The notes under the pieces: generated by a model
Seen by the model: the letters and a program-made list of their open reading frames with translations, nothing else
Database searches by the model: none
Told to the model about the DNA's origin: nothing
Translations under genes and position numbers: made by a program
Shown: positions 1-15,573 of the stretch, in pieces
Layout: each line of letters begins with the position of its first letter
Position numbering within the stretch: position 1 is the stretch's first letter
DNA from: Eledone cirrhosa
Lineage: Eukaryota
Direction: 5' to 3'
Assembly (NCBI GenBank): GCA_964016885.1
Contig: OZ024742.1
Location: 27,528,001 to 27,592,000 of the forward strand
DNA length: 64,000 nt

Positions 1-89
1 TGAGAAAAGAAGGGTTTTTTGTTTTAGGGGAACAGTAATATTGTCGAGGAAGTGAATCTATGATGTACGTGGCAGGTGGCGTGTAACCA

Positions 90-199
90 TTACTGCTGCA
101 CCATGAATATACCAAACAACAAAGTAATACATAGAATCTTAGCCCAGTGTATTTGCAGAAGAGTACATCCGCTTCCATCAGTACCCTGAAGTGAGGTTC
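90..199 (-). CDS. Possible terminal coding exon of a host gene with a hydrophobic, GPI-signal-like C-terminus
   Basis: Minus-strand acceptor ttttattttccAG at 201-200; phase-1 reading gives TSLQGTDGSGCTLLQIHWAKILCITLLFGIFMVQQ* (stop 92-90). No upstream exon identified. Confidence 0.25.
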
Positions 200-278
200 C
201 TGGAAAATAAAATAAAATATATCTTTATTGCATTTATGCTACTAAATTATTTGTTATAATTTAACATATATATACATA

Positions 279-458
279 GGGTGGTGGATTGACAGTGTCA
301 GATAATATATTTTGCAGCATTTAGCTATGGCCTTTTAAATTCTGAGTTCAGCTTTGCTTTTTGTACAAACAGGATGGATAAGATAAAATACCAATATCAC
401 ACTGGTGTCAATTTAATCGATTTTTTTTCTTCTTGTGCCTAAATCAGAAACCATTATT
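279..458 (+). mobile_element. Degenerate tRNA-derived SINE (Deu/Nin-domain type)
   Basis: Similar to 469-658 and 41934-42127: ggtggattgacag head, tctgagttca B-box-like, gataaaatacca, gtgcctaaatcagaaac end. Confidence 0.6.
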
Positions 459-468
459 ACATATATAT

Positions 469-658
469 AGGTGGATTGGCAGTATCGGTAGAGGGTCGGA
501 TGCTATGCTTTGTAGCATAGTTACATCCCTTTACGGACTGAGTTCAAATTCCACCGAGGTTAACTTTGCCTTTCATCCTTACGAGGTCCATAAAATAAAG
601 TACCAGTAATGCACTGGTTAATTGCTGGCCTTGTGCCAAAAGTAGAAACAATTATTAC
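469..658 (+). mobile_element. tRNA-derived SINE with Deu/Nin-like central domain
   Basis: A/B-box-like tggcagtatcggtaga...gagttcaaattcc, then gcctttcatccttacgaggtccataaaataaagtacc; closely matches 41934-42127. Confidence 0.8.
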
Positions 659-1866
659 ATATATATATAGAGAGAGAGAGTGTTGTAATGACTGATCAGC
701 ATTCTGAGTTCCACCCTTATGAAGTCAATAAAATCAACATTTCCCTTTCCAAATTGCTGGTAGTGTAACCAAAATTAGAAACAATTATTACATATATAAA
801 TACAACTTCTCTTTTAATATCTTGGAATATCTAAATACAAGTTTGTTAATTGAAATGATTACAGTATCTTTAAATTGTTGCCAAAATTATATGTAGGGAC
901 TTAATTTGGAGCAGTCATAATAAGGTTCTACCCTTTTCAAGAATATCTTTGCTCATGTGCAATGAAATCTTTTCTGAATGGGCCAAGGAGTTAAATTTGA
1001 TATTTTAGTATGTAAAAGATAAATGTATGTAAAAAAATAACAAAGTGTACTATTATCAATAAAATCTTTAATTTTCTGTATTATTTTTCAGGTGTCAGCA
1101 AGCACAACTGTCTCCAGTAAGTCATCGTTATCAATTCAAGTTGCTCCAGCAATGGTATTTGAGCTTTCTGGCAGATATCTAGAACTATCTCATCTTTTGT
1201 GCAATGTCCAAGTAGCATAGAGACGGATTTGCTGATTTAAACTCTGTTATATTTCCCTATGATTATAAGGTATCAATAATAGAAGACTATTGATATTAAT
1301 TACCCTGACAGAAAACATCAGTCAATTTCTTAAACCTAGAGAATGTTACATAAACACTGGTTGTGGTAAGTAAATCCCTATCACATTAAATGTTAAACTA
1401 TGTGCTTTATTAATTGCCTTTGAAAACTTACTTCTTTGTAACAAGTTCAGCAGTGGCACTTAATTGCACTAAATCACGTGTGTTAAATAATTAAGGGTTT
1501 AAAAATATAATAATATTTCTAAAAAAAACGATAAATAACATGTCTTCGTTTTTCTCTCCTTACAGCATCCACCAACACCATTAACCAATTTCATTATCAG
1601 ACATTTGGGGAAGGACCCTGATCACATCCCTACATGCTGCTATCAGAGAAGTGTTGTATATCCATAAGTGTGAACCCCAACGAAGTGGAGTTGCTCTTAT
1701 AATAATAATAATAAAAATAATAATGAAATTATTGTGTAAAGTGCTCAGGTGCACTACAACTCGTCAAAGGTGCATGTATAGTACATAGAATAATACACAA
1801 ATGTCAGGGAAGTGAATAGTGTATGAGTCATGATATATATGTGCATATGTGTATGGAGGGGGAACA

Positions 1867-4616
1867 TTAGGTGTAGTGTTGGCAAATCTCGGGAAGCATG
1901 GAGGCCATAAAGGATGCAGTGTCTCGACAGCTAACAACTGATGCAGGTAGTTTGTTCCATGCTTCAGCAACTCTGAGCGTGAAAAAATGTTTCCGAAAGT
2001 CATGGGAACTGTGCTGTTTTCTTACTTTGTGGGCATGTCCACGTATGTTAGACACATGGAAATCAAAAAGGTACTCAGGGTTGTTGTTGGCAAGATGGTT
2101 AACAATTTTGTGGGTGTTTACCAAGTCAGTTGCCAGGCATCGGAGCTTCAATGTATCCATGCCCAGGGAAGCAAGGCGCTCAGAGTATGATGGAGCCTGA
2201 TGGAGGGTATTCGCTTGGTTGCACGTCTCTGAACAGTTTCCAGACGGTCAATGTTCTGAGTAAGATAGGGGTTCCAGACTGGTGATGCAAATTCTAAGTG
2301 TGGCCGCACCATAGCCATGTACAGCCTTAAATAGATAGCTGGAGAGCGGCTGACAAAGGTCTTGCTGAGTGATGCTAAGACACCCTCGGCCCTCTTGACA
2401 ATTTTAGCGATGTGCTTCGTCCAACGCAAATCGCTGCTGACCGTAATGCCCAGGTCACGTTCACAAGAAGACTTCTTGATATTAGTGCTGTGGAGAGAGT
2501 ATGTGGATGCTGGGTTTTTACTCCAAAAATGCATGGTGGTGCACTTGTCTACAGCTAGCTTGAGTTGCCAGTCTGATATCCATTGTTGCATTGTGTCCAG
2601 GTCAGACTGCAAGCAAGATCTATAGTGTTCAGGATCTGTCCTTTTTATCTCAAGGTACAGCTTGATGTCATCTGCGTACTTTAGTACTGTGGCATTCTTT
2701 AAGTTGGTATCTATATCATTAATATATGCCACAAACAAAAGGGGGCCAAGAACAGATCCCTGTGGTAGACCAGATGACATCTCATATGGTGAGGAATGCT
2801 GTCCCAGAACCGTGACTACATCTCTTCGATTGAGAATGAAGGACTTCAACCAATTAAAAAGATCATACTTCACACCCATTGCAGAGAGTTTTGCCATAAG
2901 CCTTTTGTGTGGCACAGAATTGAAAGCTTTCGCAAAGTCAAGGTAAACAACATCCACCCATGAGCCGCCATCAGTGATCCGGGTGATGTCTTCAAGAAAC
3001 TTGTTAAGTTGATCACAGTAGCTGGAGTTGGGGATAAATCCAAATTGCGAGGGCCAGATAAGACTGTGAGAGTTCCAGAAGTTCCAAAGTGTTTCTCTGA
3101 CACAGGATTCCATCAGTTTGGCAATGCAACTAGTAAGACTGACTGGACGATAGTTCACAGGTGATGTGCGGTCATCCTTTTTGAACAGAGGAATGACACT
3201 GGCAGTTTTCCACTGTTCTGGAGTAGCACCGTTGTTCAGACAGAATTGGAAGAAGCGTGATAACTGGTGCAGAAGTAAGTACCCACCACGTTTAAGAAGC
3301 AGGTACGTAACACCATCAAGACCAGGAGAGGTATGGTTGCATTTATTTTTTAGGTCACGTCGCAGCATTTCAGGTGTAAATTCCATGGTTGTAATAGAGT
3401 CCGGTGTCATAGGTGGTGGAGACAGTACACTCTGGTCTTCAATAGTGAAAATGCCTGCATAGCATTCAGCAATGAGCTCTGCGCATTCCTTGGGGTCGTC
3501 AGTAACCTGGCTTGTGTGGGGATCATGAAGAGGACCAACTGGAGAGTGAGGCCTCTGCTTTGAGTGAACATACTTCCAGAACACCTTACTGTTAGAGCTG
3601 GTTGCTATGCGCTGCTCAAATTGAAGCACTGCCTTTTTTGTCACCTGTTTGAGGTGGTTGGACGATCTATTTCGCCTCTTCCTATTAATGTCTGATTTGT
3701 GCAGTTTGTACTCACGTTCAGCATTGCGACATTCTTTTCTGGCAAGACGGACTGGTGCAGTCTCCCAAATTGCACTTTTGGGATGTTTTTTCTGCTTACG
3801 TGGCACCGATGCAGCACATGCTGTCCATATTGAGCTCAGGATTTTCTGGAGTACAGTGTTGACATCTCCAGAGTCGTAGAACTCAAGCCAGTTTGGCCGT
3901 TGCAACTCGGTACAGTAACAGTTCCAGTCTGCTTTATTCCAGTCAAAGTGAGCAGTTTGGAGATGGTTGTGGTTCTTGTTACTGCCCATGAGGGATAGAT
4001 TGGCAATGATCATAGCATGATCAGAGTAACCTAAAGGTTCCTCAGCAGTAACACTAATGACCGTTTCAGGAATAGTGGTGAAGAGTAGGTCCAAAGTGTT
4101 GTCACCTCTTGTTGGGGAGGTGACTACTTGGGACCAATTCGAGTCCAGCACTAGCTCAAGGAAGTCATTTGCACTTGGCGGCCAACGAAAGGTTTCCCAT
4201 TCAATCTCAGGGTGATTGGAGTCTCCTGCAATGAAAACATAAGTGACTGTTTTCCTGGCAGCAGCTTTGAGGATATCACAAAGTTGAGTGTCCTGATGGT
4301 AATTTGGGGGAAGGTAAACGACTCCAAGTAGCAGTGTTGACATGGTCATACGTATATCGCAGAAAAAAACTTCCTGCTGTGATTGGTTCAAATCAACACA
4401 AGGAATTGCCGACAAATTTGACCGAACACCACCACCACAACGATTAATGCGGTCTTTACGAAACAGGTTGTAGCCAGTTATGTTGAAAACCCCATCACAG
4501 AGTAAGGGATGTGCCCAAGTTTCTGTGACTGTAATGAAGTCAGGGTTGATACTTTTGACGTAGGAGTCAAAATGATGAATCTTATTGCATAGATTACGTG
4601 CATTCAAGGACAACAA
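1867..4616 (-). pseudogene. LINE ORF2: AP endonuclease + reverse transcriptase, frameshifted near 2160
   Basis: APE motifs LNARN, VTETW, GDSNHP, SDH; RT motifs NYRPVSLTS, YLDFAKAF, GLPQGSVLGP, YADD. The C-terminus continues in ORF 1867-2160. Confidence 0.92.
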
Positions 4617-4672
4617 TTTGTACCTTGATTCCAGTATATGATTATGTGCAGGGGATGGCAGGTTGTTCTGAT

Positions 4673-5588
4673 TTAGTTTCCCAGAGTTTTTTCAGTTTCT
4701 TTATTGTCAGTTGTTGTAGGTACAGTGTTTTCAGACCAGCTGGTATCTCTTTTCCGTGTTTCACCAGCCTTAACAAACTTCCATATCTGCCCATCATCAC
4801 GTATGCTGAAGCTTTCATGTTCTGCCAAGCTACGGTTTAAGGAAGCTGCAGCACGCAACTTTGGGCGGACATCAAGTGGAAGACCAGGGCATGTTCGGAA
4901 AGCAATCCAACTTTCACGCCTAGCTTTATCAGAGGCTACAAGGTATGAACGTGCCTCAGTGGAGTTTGAAAACGACAGTCTAAGTAGCCTGGGTTTCGGG
5001 CCTGGTCGGCCAAGGCGTAGAGCACCCTTTGCGGGAGCACAGCCCAAGTCTTTGGATGAACTGGCAGCAAATGCCTGAAGATCAACTATGTCTCTGGTAC
5101 ACCAATGGCAATCACTTCAAGGTTTGCAGATTCAGTGGCATTCTCAATGCGTCTAGGTTCAACATGAGGTGTGCAGAGATTTTTTAACAAGGCACTCCAG
5201 TAAGATCCCTCATTGTGGGGTTCTACACGAATGCTTGATTTTATTCCCGCTATTTCTCGGCTTAAAGCGGAAATCATTTGCCGTATTTCCTCAAACTCTG
5301 TATTGACGGTCGATTTTTGTTGTTGTTCTTCTCCTTCAACAGGCATGGTAGGAGAAGACACAGTCGTCGGTTGTTGTTGTTGAAAGTAACGGGGGAGGAA
5401 GACATGGGTTGCTGTTGTTGATGAAGTCCTTCAACGGAGGTAGTAGCAGAAGCTACGGTCGTTGGTTTTTGCTGTTGTTCAGGAACAATGGTAGAGGAAG
5501 ACACGATCTTCGGTTTTTGTTGTTGTTGTTCGGGCAATGTCTTCCCATCCTGTTGCTGGGACCACAAGCTGGGCTTACCAAGTTTCAT
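4673..5588 (-). pseudogene. Disrupted LINE ORF1 (Q-rich repeats, coiled coil, RRM-like region)
   Basis: Three broken ORFs directly upstream of ORF2; EFEEIRQMISALSREIAGIK coil, VIAIGVPE and RLGRPGPKPRLLRLSF segments. Confidence 0.7.
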
Positions 5589-6014
5589 TTAATTGGAATT
5601 TTCTTATATTGAGTACATTGAATAAATAATCAAAGCATTAAAAAATAAGATTTTTATTATTATTGTTGCTGACTTGTCTTACCAACATATCAGGTGCTGC
5701 CCACATAGGTGCATGGTTGTTCTAGTGTTGTAGTCTCACTATTTAACTGTGCCAATGCTAGGTGTTAGTTGGCCTCAAACATTATTAGAGGGTGATGACA
5801 GTGAAACTTCTCACGTGCATTTTCTCTCTTTGTATAAGATATGATAATCCCTGCCTCCAACTTTCACTATTATGAGCAAATGAGGGGTCATGTATTAGCT
5901 GCCCCGTGGCCCCAGCAGACAGAATAGAGAAGGCGTTTCCTTGGAGAGGGAGACATATTGGAAGAGCCATTCCAGCTTGCATGATAATTATACTTATTTT
6001 TCTTTATATAATAA

Positions 6015-6208
6015 CCCTTTAGCATTTAAACCGGCCATATCCGGCCAGAACTCTCTCACCTCCTTCTGTTCAAACTGGCAGCTCATACTTATGTTAAGAT
6101 ATTGTTCTCAAAATAAATATCAAAATCTCATAGATCTGATATTATGTGAGATAATTATGTAAGATAAAGCCTTTACTATGAAAATAGAATAATGTAAATG
6201 CTAAAGGG
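6015..6208. mobile_element. piggyBac-type MITE
   Basis: TIR CCCTTTAGCATTTA / TAAATGCTAAAGGG, flanked by ATAA and TTAA; related copies at 6649 and 63749. Confidence 0.75.
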
Positions 6209-6254
6209 TTAAGCAAACGTTTTTGTTTGTTTTTCACACAAATGCTTAATCTCA

Positions 6255-6450
6255 TGATTTCTGATTTAGGCACACGGCCACCAATTTTGGGGAGGATGTG
6301 GAAAAGTCAATTAAATCGATCCCACTGTGCTAATGGTGCTTTATTTGATCAACCCCCTTAAGGATAAAACACAAAGCTAAACTCAGCATGATTTGAACTC
6401 AGAACATAATGGGCCATAACTATATGCAGCAAAGTATGTTGTCCAACGCT
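6255..6450 (-). mobile_element. Degenerate tRNA-derived SINE
   Basis: Reverse-complement similarity to 279-458 and 469-658 (tttgaactcagaa; tttctgatttaggcaca). Confidence 0.6.
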
Positions 6451-6648
6451 CTACTGATTAACCATAAGGTGGTGGAATGGCAGTAATGTCATAATATAAG
6501 TTGTCATACATAACATTATGTACAAGTTGAACTTTTATGAAATAAAGCAAATAGACATGAGAAAGAAAAAAGACATGCCCACCCCATCACTTACAGGCTT
6601 CTATACAGAGAGGAAGATTGGTGTAGGTCTTTATATTTGTTCAGTTAA

Positions 6649-6819
6649 CCCTTTAGCATTTAAACCAACCGTATCTGGCCAGAATTCTCTCACCTCTTTC
6701 TGTTCAAACTGACCACATCCGGCTGCTCATTGTTCTCAAAATAAATAATATCAAAATCTCGTACATTCGATACCATGAAAATATAATAGTAAATATAGAG
6801 TAATGTAAATGTTAAGGGG
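6649..6819. mobile_element. piggyBac-type MITE
   Basis: TTAA-CCCTTTAGCATTTA ... TAAATGTTAAGGGG-TTAA; internal similarity to 6015-6208. Confidence 0.75.
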
Positions 6820-7844
6820 TTAAGTACATTGATTACATTCATTAGCATATTTACTAAACTACTCAGACATGAAACAAATAGATACACACATACATTCTCT
6901 CACACACATACTCTTATATCATACATACACCATATACACTCAGGGCCCAATTTAGACCTGGGGAGGGGCCCTCATACACAGTACCCCCCACCCCCACCCC
7001 ATTTTACATATCAAAGTTAGCTTGGTGCAAATAATTGGAATTGAAAAGTTATACATAATGTATTAAATAAAAGAAATCTAACCATCCAAAAACTAAAAAG
7101 CTCAGCTGAGGGCACAAATAAATTGCTATGTCCATCGCTGGTGGAATTCATACCACACATACATACACACCACATAGAAACATACCATGTAGGAAGATAC
7201 ATCATACCCACGACTATATATAACACAAACATATTCTATACACACCATACCGCTAACAGTATTTTCTTACGTATACACAAACACACTCTATACATATCAC
7301 ATAGACATATACATCATATTTATATACACTATATACAGGCGTATACATCAGACACACATACATCATACTCATAGACATATATACACTATATATATACCAC
7401 ATAGAAGTATACATCATACTCATACATACAATATACACACTACACAGACCACATAGAAACACAGATATATCTATATATATATATATAGAGAGAGAGGGGG
7501 GGGGGGATTATCTATTATGTATTGTATTGCCGTATTTAACTCCGTAGATGTTCTGCTATTAATTTATATGTATGTGAGAAAATTAGTAAGGGAGAAATTA
7601 CTATTTACTTAATAAATTATAGCCGAATTAAAGGGAGATAACTGCAACAGACCTCGACTGAAATACATTTTTCAGATAGTGGGTGTTTAAACAAAAGTCT
7701 AACAGATTTTCAATGCAGTTACTTGTTCATGTGTTATTCTCCCAAGAAATATAAAGGCTTTCTTTGAAATGACTACCATTCTTTTCTTCTAATAAACACA
7801 CAAACTGATCCTAATGTGATTGATGCTGTTGATATTCCGTTTAA

Positions 7845-8220
7845 CCCTTTCATGACCGTATTTCTAATGACATATACACTATTTCCAATTAATTAGCAGA
7901 GAATTTTGAAGGATTCACTAAAATAATTAATTATTTCATTTACTAAGATAGTAACTTAACATATGGTTCTTATATAAAATTATATTGGAAGATTTAGATT
8001 TAAATAAGAATATTACTTAAATTCATTCATTAATGAAGAATTTTGAAGAATTTACTAAAACTAATTAATTATTTCATTACTAAAATAGTAACTTAAAATA
8101 TGTCTCATATAAAATTATGTTCGAAGATTTTAATTTAAATAGGAACGCGCTATTTCAATTAATTAATGAAGAATTTTTTACGATTTACTAAATTTATTAT
8201 TTATTTCATTACTAAAAAAA
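7845..8220. repeat. Truncated TTAA-CCCTT-started element with about three diverged ~125-bp AT-rich units
   Basis: Starts ttaacccttt; recurring aattaatgaagaattttgaagaatttactaaaa...atttcattactaaaa. Confidence 0.4.
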
Positions 8221-8589
8221 GATATTCATCGTCATCATCACCATCATCATCTTTATATGCTTGCATAGGTGCAACAGAGTGTGACACAGAGGCCAGACCG
8301 GCACATCAGATGTGTGTGTTATGCTCATACTATTAGAGAACCGCACTATATGGTAAATTGTATATTTTGTATCACATACTATGGACTATAGAACTATTAA
8401 CGATCCCCACTACAAGAATACTTCTTTATTATATATCACATACTATGGACAATACTATACTTAGGGATACCCAATACATAGTAACTTCAATATTATATAT
8501 CACATAGTATGAACAATAGAGCCTTACTAACACAATAACTTCTATATTATACATCACATACTATGTACAATAGGTGGCTGTGTAGGAGA

Positions 8590-8781
8590 CACGATGAAAA
8601 GGCTCCCAGTCTGTAAATGTGGTTGGTGTTAGGAATGGCATCCAGCTGTAAAACGCTTGCCAGAGACACTTCTGTGTGAGCGAGACACAGTCACCCAACC
8701 ATTCTCGCATCAAATGGAACAAAACCGTCTAACCCATGCAAGCATGGAAGATGGACGTTAAACGATGATGATGATGATGAT
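8590..8781 (+). mobile_element. RTE-type 3' end / RTE-tailed SINE fragment with (GAT)n tail
   Basis: ggttggtgttaggaatggcatccagctgta...aacccatgcaagcatgga...gacgttaaac(gat)n, as in the RTE 3' UTR at 62250-62413. Confidence 0.7.
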
Positions 8782-8892
8782 ATATATATATGTGAGCATT
8801 ATCATCATCATCATCTTTTTATGTCCTCTTTTCTAGCACAGCTTCCATCCACCTACCTTCACTATCTATTTGTGTGTATGTGTGTGTATCTA

Positions 8893-8929
<37 letters not shown>

Positions 8930-8931
<2 letters not shown>

Positions 8932-9048
8932 ATAATTGTTTCTACTTTTGACACAAGGCCAGCAATTACCCCAGTGTATTGCAGGTACTTTATTTTATCG
9001 ACCCCCGTAAGGATGAAAGGCAAAGTTAACCTCGACGGGATTTGAACT
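8930..9048 (-). mobile_element. tRNA-derived SINE, 3' part
   Basis: Reverse complement of 540-658. Confidence 0.75.
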
Positions 9049-9409
9049 AATAAGTATGGCTGAGGTGTCAAATTTTCATTAAGTTTATGTGCCTTTCCTG
9101 ATTGATCAGCTCAAGGTTCGATCTTTATCGATCGGGCCTGACTCTTGATTCAAAAGCTCATCAGACTTCTGTTTGATTAAAACATACTGGAATCTAAGGA
9201 TCGAGTGCTCATTTTGGTGAACCAACAGTAACTTATTGTTACAATCCCTAAACTATATATACGGGCACTTGACTCAGCCTACCTCTAATGGGACAATCTG
9301 TCTAACCAATGATGGCGAGGGGGAAAATAGGCATTAAACGATGATGATGATGATATATATTAAATAAAACTTTGTATTTTTACATCTGTGTTTTTCTTGT
9401 CTATTCTTA

Positions 9410-9452
<43 letters not shown>

Positions 9453-10025
9453 GACAGGTATGCTTACAGGAAACACATCACATACTCACATCAATAAGTC
9501 AAATGGTTATACAGGAGAGAGGCAGGGAGTTAATTTGAAATGTTCTGCTCAGTTCTTGTGAAAAAGTAATGGTGTATGATAAGAAAAATGGGATTTAAGA
9601 GTAGTTAAGTGGAAAAGTAGATGTATGATAATAGTTATAATGATAATGTATATATAAACAAGGGTTTTAAAGCTATTCTCCCTGCTAAAAGCAAGGGGCT
9701 TTCTTGTCGACTCCCTCTATGACAGGCATCATAGTTATCATGTATCATGTGGTTTTTTTGAGGCAATGTTTTACAGCTGGCTGCTCTTCTTTGTGCCAAT
9801 GGTTTTAGTTGTCTCTTATACCAGACAGTCATACAGACTACATATTTTAAACTATTTACACTCAGAAACTTAGTTATAATTGACAATCATTTTACAGAGT
9901 GTAAAACAGAAGGGTTATATTATCCACTGAAGCACTAATGAGTCCTCTCCATGTGTAGTCTCCACACTTTCATGATAAATATGACAGTGTGATATATATT
10001 TATATATACATATAAATATATATAT

Positions 10026-10257
10026 ATTATTAGAAATGTAAGCTATCGCCGTATTTTGACTAAAGAAATTAAAGAAATTATTTAGCCTGATAGTGTAAAA
10101 GATGTACGTCAATACTCATCATTTTTCCATTCCTCCAAGGGTTCTTAACCCCACTATCAGGCTAAATAATTTCTTTAATTTCTTTAGTCAAAATACGGCG
10201 ATAGCTTACATTTCTAATAATTTAAAACCAACTCGCTGTTTCGAAAATATTCTTACT

Positions 10258-10260
<3 letters not shown>
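10026..10260 (+). mobile_element. Fold-back mini-element (70-bp arms + tail), probably a PLE pLTR end
   Basis: Arms 10026-10095 and 10152-10221 are reverse complements; unique tail to 10260; TA flanks. No hammerhead seen. Confidence 0.6.
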
Positions 10261-10287
<27 letters not shown>

Positions 10288-10292
<5 letters not shown>

Positions 10293-10467
10293 AACGAGTA
10301 GGACCCGACGGTTGAGCTCAAGCCGTTGGTCCAGAATTAGCCGTCGAAACGGCTTGAGCTCAGCCGTCGTGGTCCTACTCGTTCCTATTACCCACTCTAC
10401 TACCCTAAGTATTGAGTACTTTCGTGCGTTATGGTCCTCCTGGTTCCTTACCACATTTCCTTCGTTA
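10288..10467 (+). mobile_element. Fold-back PLE-type mini-element, family A
   Basis: Arms 10288-10327 and 10348-10388, tail 10389-10467; second copy at 20824-21021. Confidence 0.7.
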
Positions 10468-10478
10468 TATATATATAT

Positions 10479-10914
<436 letters not shown>

Positions 10915-10964
10915 GTATATATATATATGTATATATATATATGTGTATATATATATATATATAT

Positions 10965-11507
10965 GGCGGAACTCAGTAATAGAGAAGACCCGCCTTACCT
11001 AAATACAAAGTAAAACCTACTACAATCAGTAGGCATCTCTAACAAAATACACCCCCGTCCCACCACCCCCACCCCATCCACACCGCCCCTTTCAATGTAA
11101 AGTTATGTTGGTGCCACAACATCTAGGCCGAAACAAATGAGATCGTGTAGGTGTCACGACAAAAAAAAACACACAGTCCACGCTGTAAATGTGGCCGTGT
11201 AGGCAACACGGTAAAAACCTCCCAGCCCCACACTGTAAATGTGGTTGGTGTTAGAAAGGGCATCCAGCTGTAGAAAACCCGCCAGACAGTCCACGCTGTA
11301 ACGTGGCCGTGTAGGCAACACGGTAAAAACCTCCCAGCCCCACACTGTAAATGTGGTTGGTGTTAGGAAGGGCATCCAACTGTAGAAAACCCGCCAGACA
11401 GTCCTATGCGAGCAAGACAACCACTCTTGCCTCGAGTGGGAAAACTCCCATCCAAACCCATGCAAGCGTGGAACATGGACGTTAAACGATGATGATGATG
11501 ATGATGA
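10965..11507 (+). mobile_element. RTE LINE 3' fragment with duplicated 3' UTR unit
   Basis: Matches 61983-62413; (GAT)n tail; TA flanks. Confidence 0.9.
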
Positions 11508-11705
11508 TATATATATACATATACATATATATATACATATATATATATACATATACATATATATATACAAAAATATATATGTATATGTATATATACATAT
11601 ATATATATACATATATATATATACATATACATATATATATATACATATACATATATATATACATATATATATATACATATACATATATATATACATATAA
11701 ATATA

Positions 11706-13853
<2,148 letters not shown>

Positions 13854-13862
13854 CCCCATATA

Positions 13863-13947
<85 letters not shown>

Positions 13948-13999
13948 GTATATATATATAGATATCTATATCTATATATATATATGTATATATATAGAG

Positions 14000-14104
<105 letters not shown>

Positions 14105-14105
14105 C

Positions 14106-14187
<82 letters not shown>

Positions 14188-14190
<3 letters not shown>

Positions 14191-15460
14191 GAAAGGCGTA
14201 GGTAGAAACTCCATTTTATGTCCTAAATGCAAAGTATGGATGCATAAAAGATGTAGTGGGATCACAGGTAAGCTAACTAAGAGCATAGATTTTATATGTG
14301 GCTGGTGCTCTGGTGCAATAAGTAGCAGCAAGTGCCCACAAAATACTAGCTCTTTCAATTGCGCAGAGGGTTCTATAGAAATAGTGGACAGCTTCCGTTA
14401 CCTGGGTGACAAAATCAGCAGTGGGGGAGGGTGCTCTGAAAGTACAGTAGTTAGAGTCAGAACTGGATAGAAAAAGTTCAGAGAGCTTATACCACTATTA
14501 GCCACTAAAGGGTTCTCCCTACAAATGAAAGGCAAGTTGTATGATGCCTGCATACGAACAGCAATGTTACATGGCAGTGAGACCTGGGCATTGTGTGCAG
14601 AGGATATATGCAGACTAGAGAGGAATGAAGCTTGCATGCTCCGCTGGATGTGTAATAGTAACATACGTGAACGGCAAAGCATAAGCGAACTAAGGAAAAA
14701 ATTAGAAATAAGAGGGATCAGATGTTGTTTATTCGAGAGAAGGCTACGTTGGTATGGTCACGTGATGCGCATGAAAGACGACAGCTGTATAACAAAGTGC
14801 AGGGCAATAAAGATAGACGGTAGCTACGGAGTAGGCAGACCCAGAAAAACCTGGGACGAGCTGATAAATTCTGACCTCACACACTTACACCTCTCCAAGG
14901 CAATGTCACTGGACCGAGACCTTTGGCGGGACTCAGTAATAGAGAAGACCCGCCTTACCTAAATACAAAGTAAAACCTACTACAGTCAGTAGGCATCTCT
15001 AACAAAAAATACAACCCCGTCCTACCACCCCCACCGCCCCCTTCTATGTAAAGTTATGTTGGTGCCACACCATCCAGGCCGAAACAAATGAGATCGTGTA
15101 GGTGTCACGACAAAAAAACACACAGTCCACGCCGTAATGTGGCCGTGTAGGCAACACGGTAAAAACCTCCCAGACCCACACTGTAAATGTGGTTGGTGTT
15201 AGGAATGGCATCCAGCTGTAGAAAACCCGCCAGACAGTCCATGCTGTAATGTGGCTGTGTAAGCAACACGGTAAAAACCTCCCAGCCCCACACTCTAAAT
15301 GTGGTTGGTGTTAGGAAGGGCATCCAGCTGTAGAAAACCCGCCAGACAGTCCTATGCGAGCAAGACAATCACTCTTGCCTCAAGTGGGAAAACCCCCGTC
15401 CAAACCCATGCAAGCGTGGAACACGGACGTTAAACGATGATGATGATGATGATGATGATG
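14188..15460 (+). mobile_element. 5'-truncated RTE LINE
   Basis: Matches 61246-62413, with an in-frame TAG near 14468; (GAT)n tail. Confidence 0.93.
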
Positions 15461-15477
15461 ATATATATATATGCATA

Positions 15478-15534
<57 letters not shown>

Positions 15535-15535
15535 T

Positions 15536-15567
<32 letters not shown>

Positions 15568-15573
15568 CATATA

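Larger units (their letters stand above)
1698..5800 (-). mobile_element. Near full-length CR1-group LINE (ORF1 + APE-RT ORF2, (ATT)n tail); 5' boundary approximate
   Basis: ORF1 and ORF2 on the minus strand; C-terminus RKHFFTLRVAEAWNKLP typical of the CR1 group; (ATT)n tail at about 1698-1725. No TSD found. Confidence 0.9.

Noticed and set aside
469-560. tRNA genes at SINE heads (also 41934 and 58107)
   Set aside because: No complete cloverleaf; they continue into SINE body sequence.
1898-5078. Plus-strand ORFs overlapping the LINE
   Set aside because: Antisense shadow frames of ORF1/ORF2 with no independent motifs.
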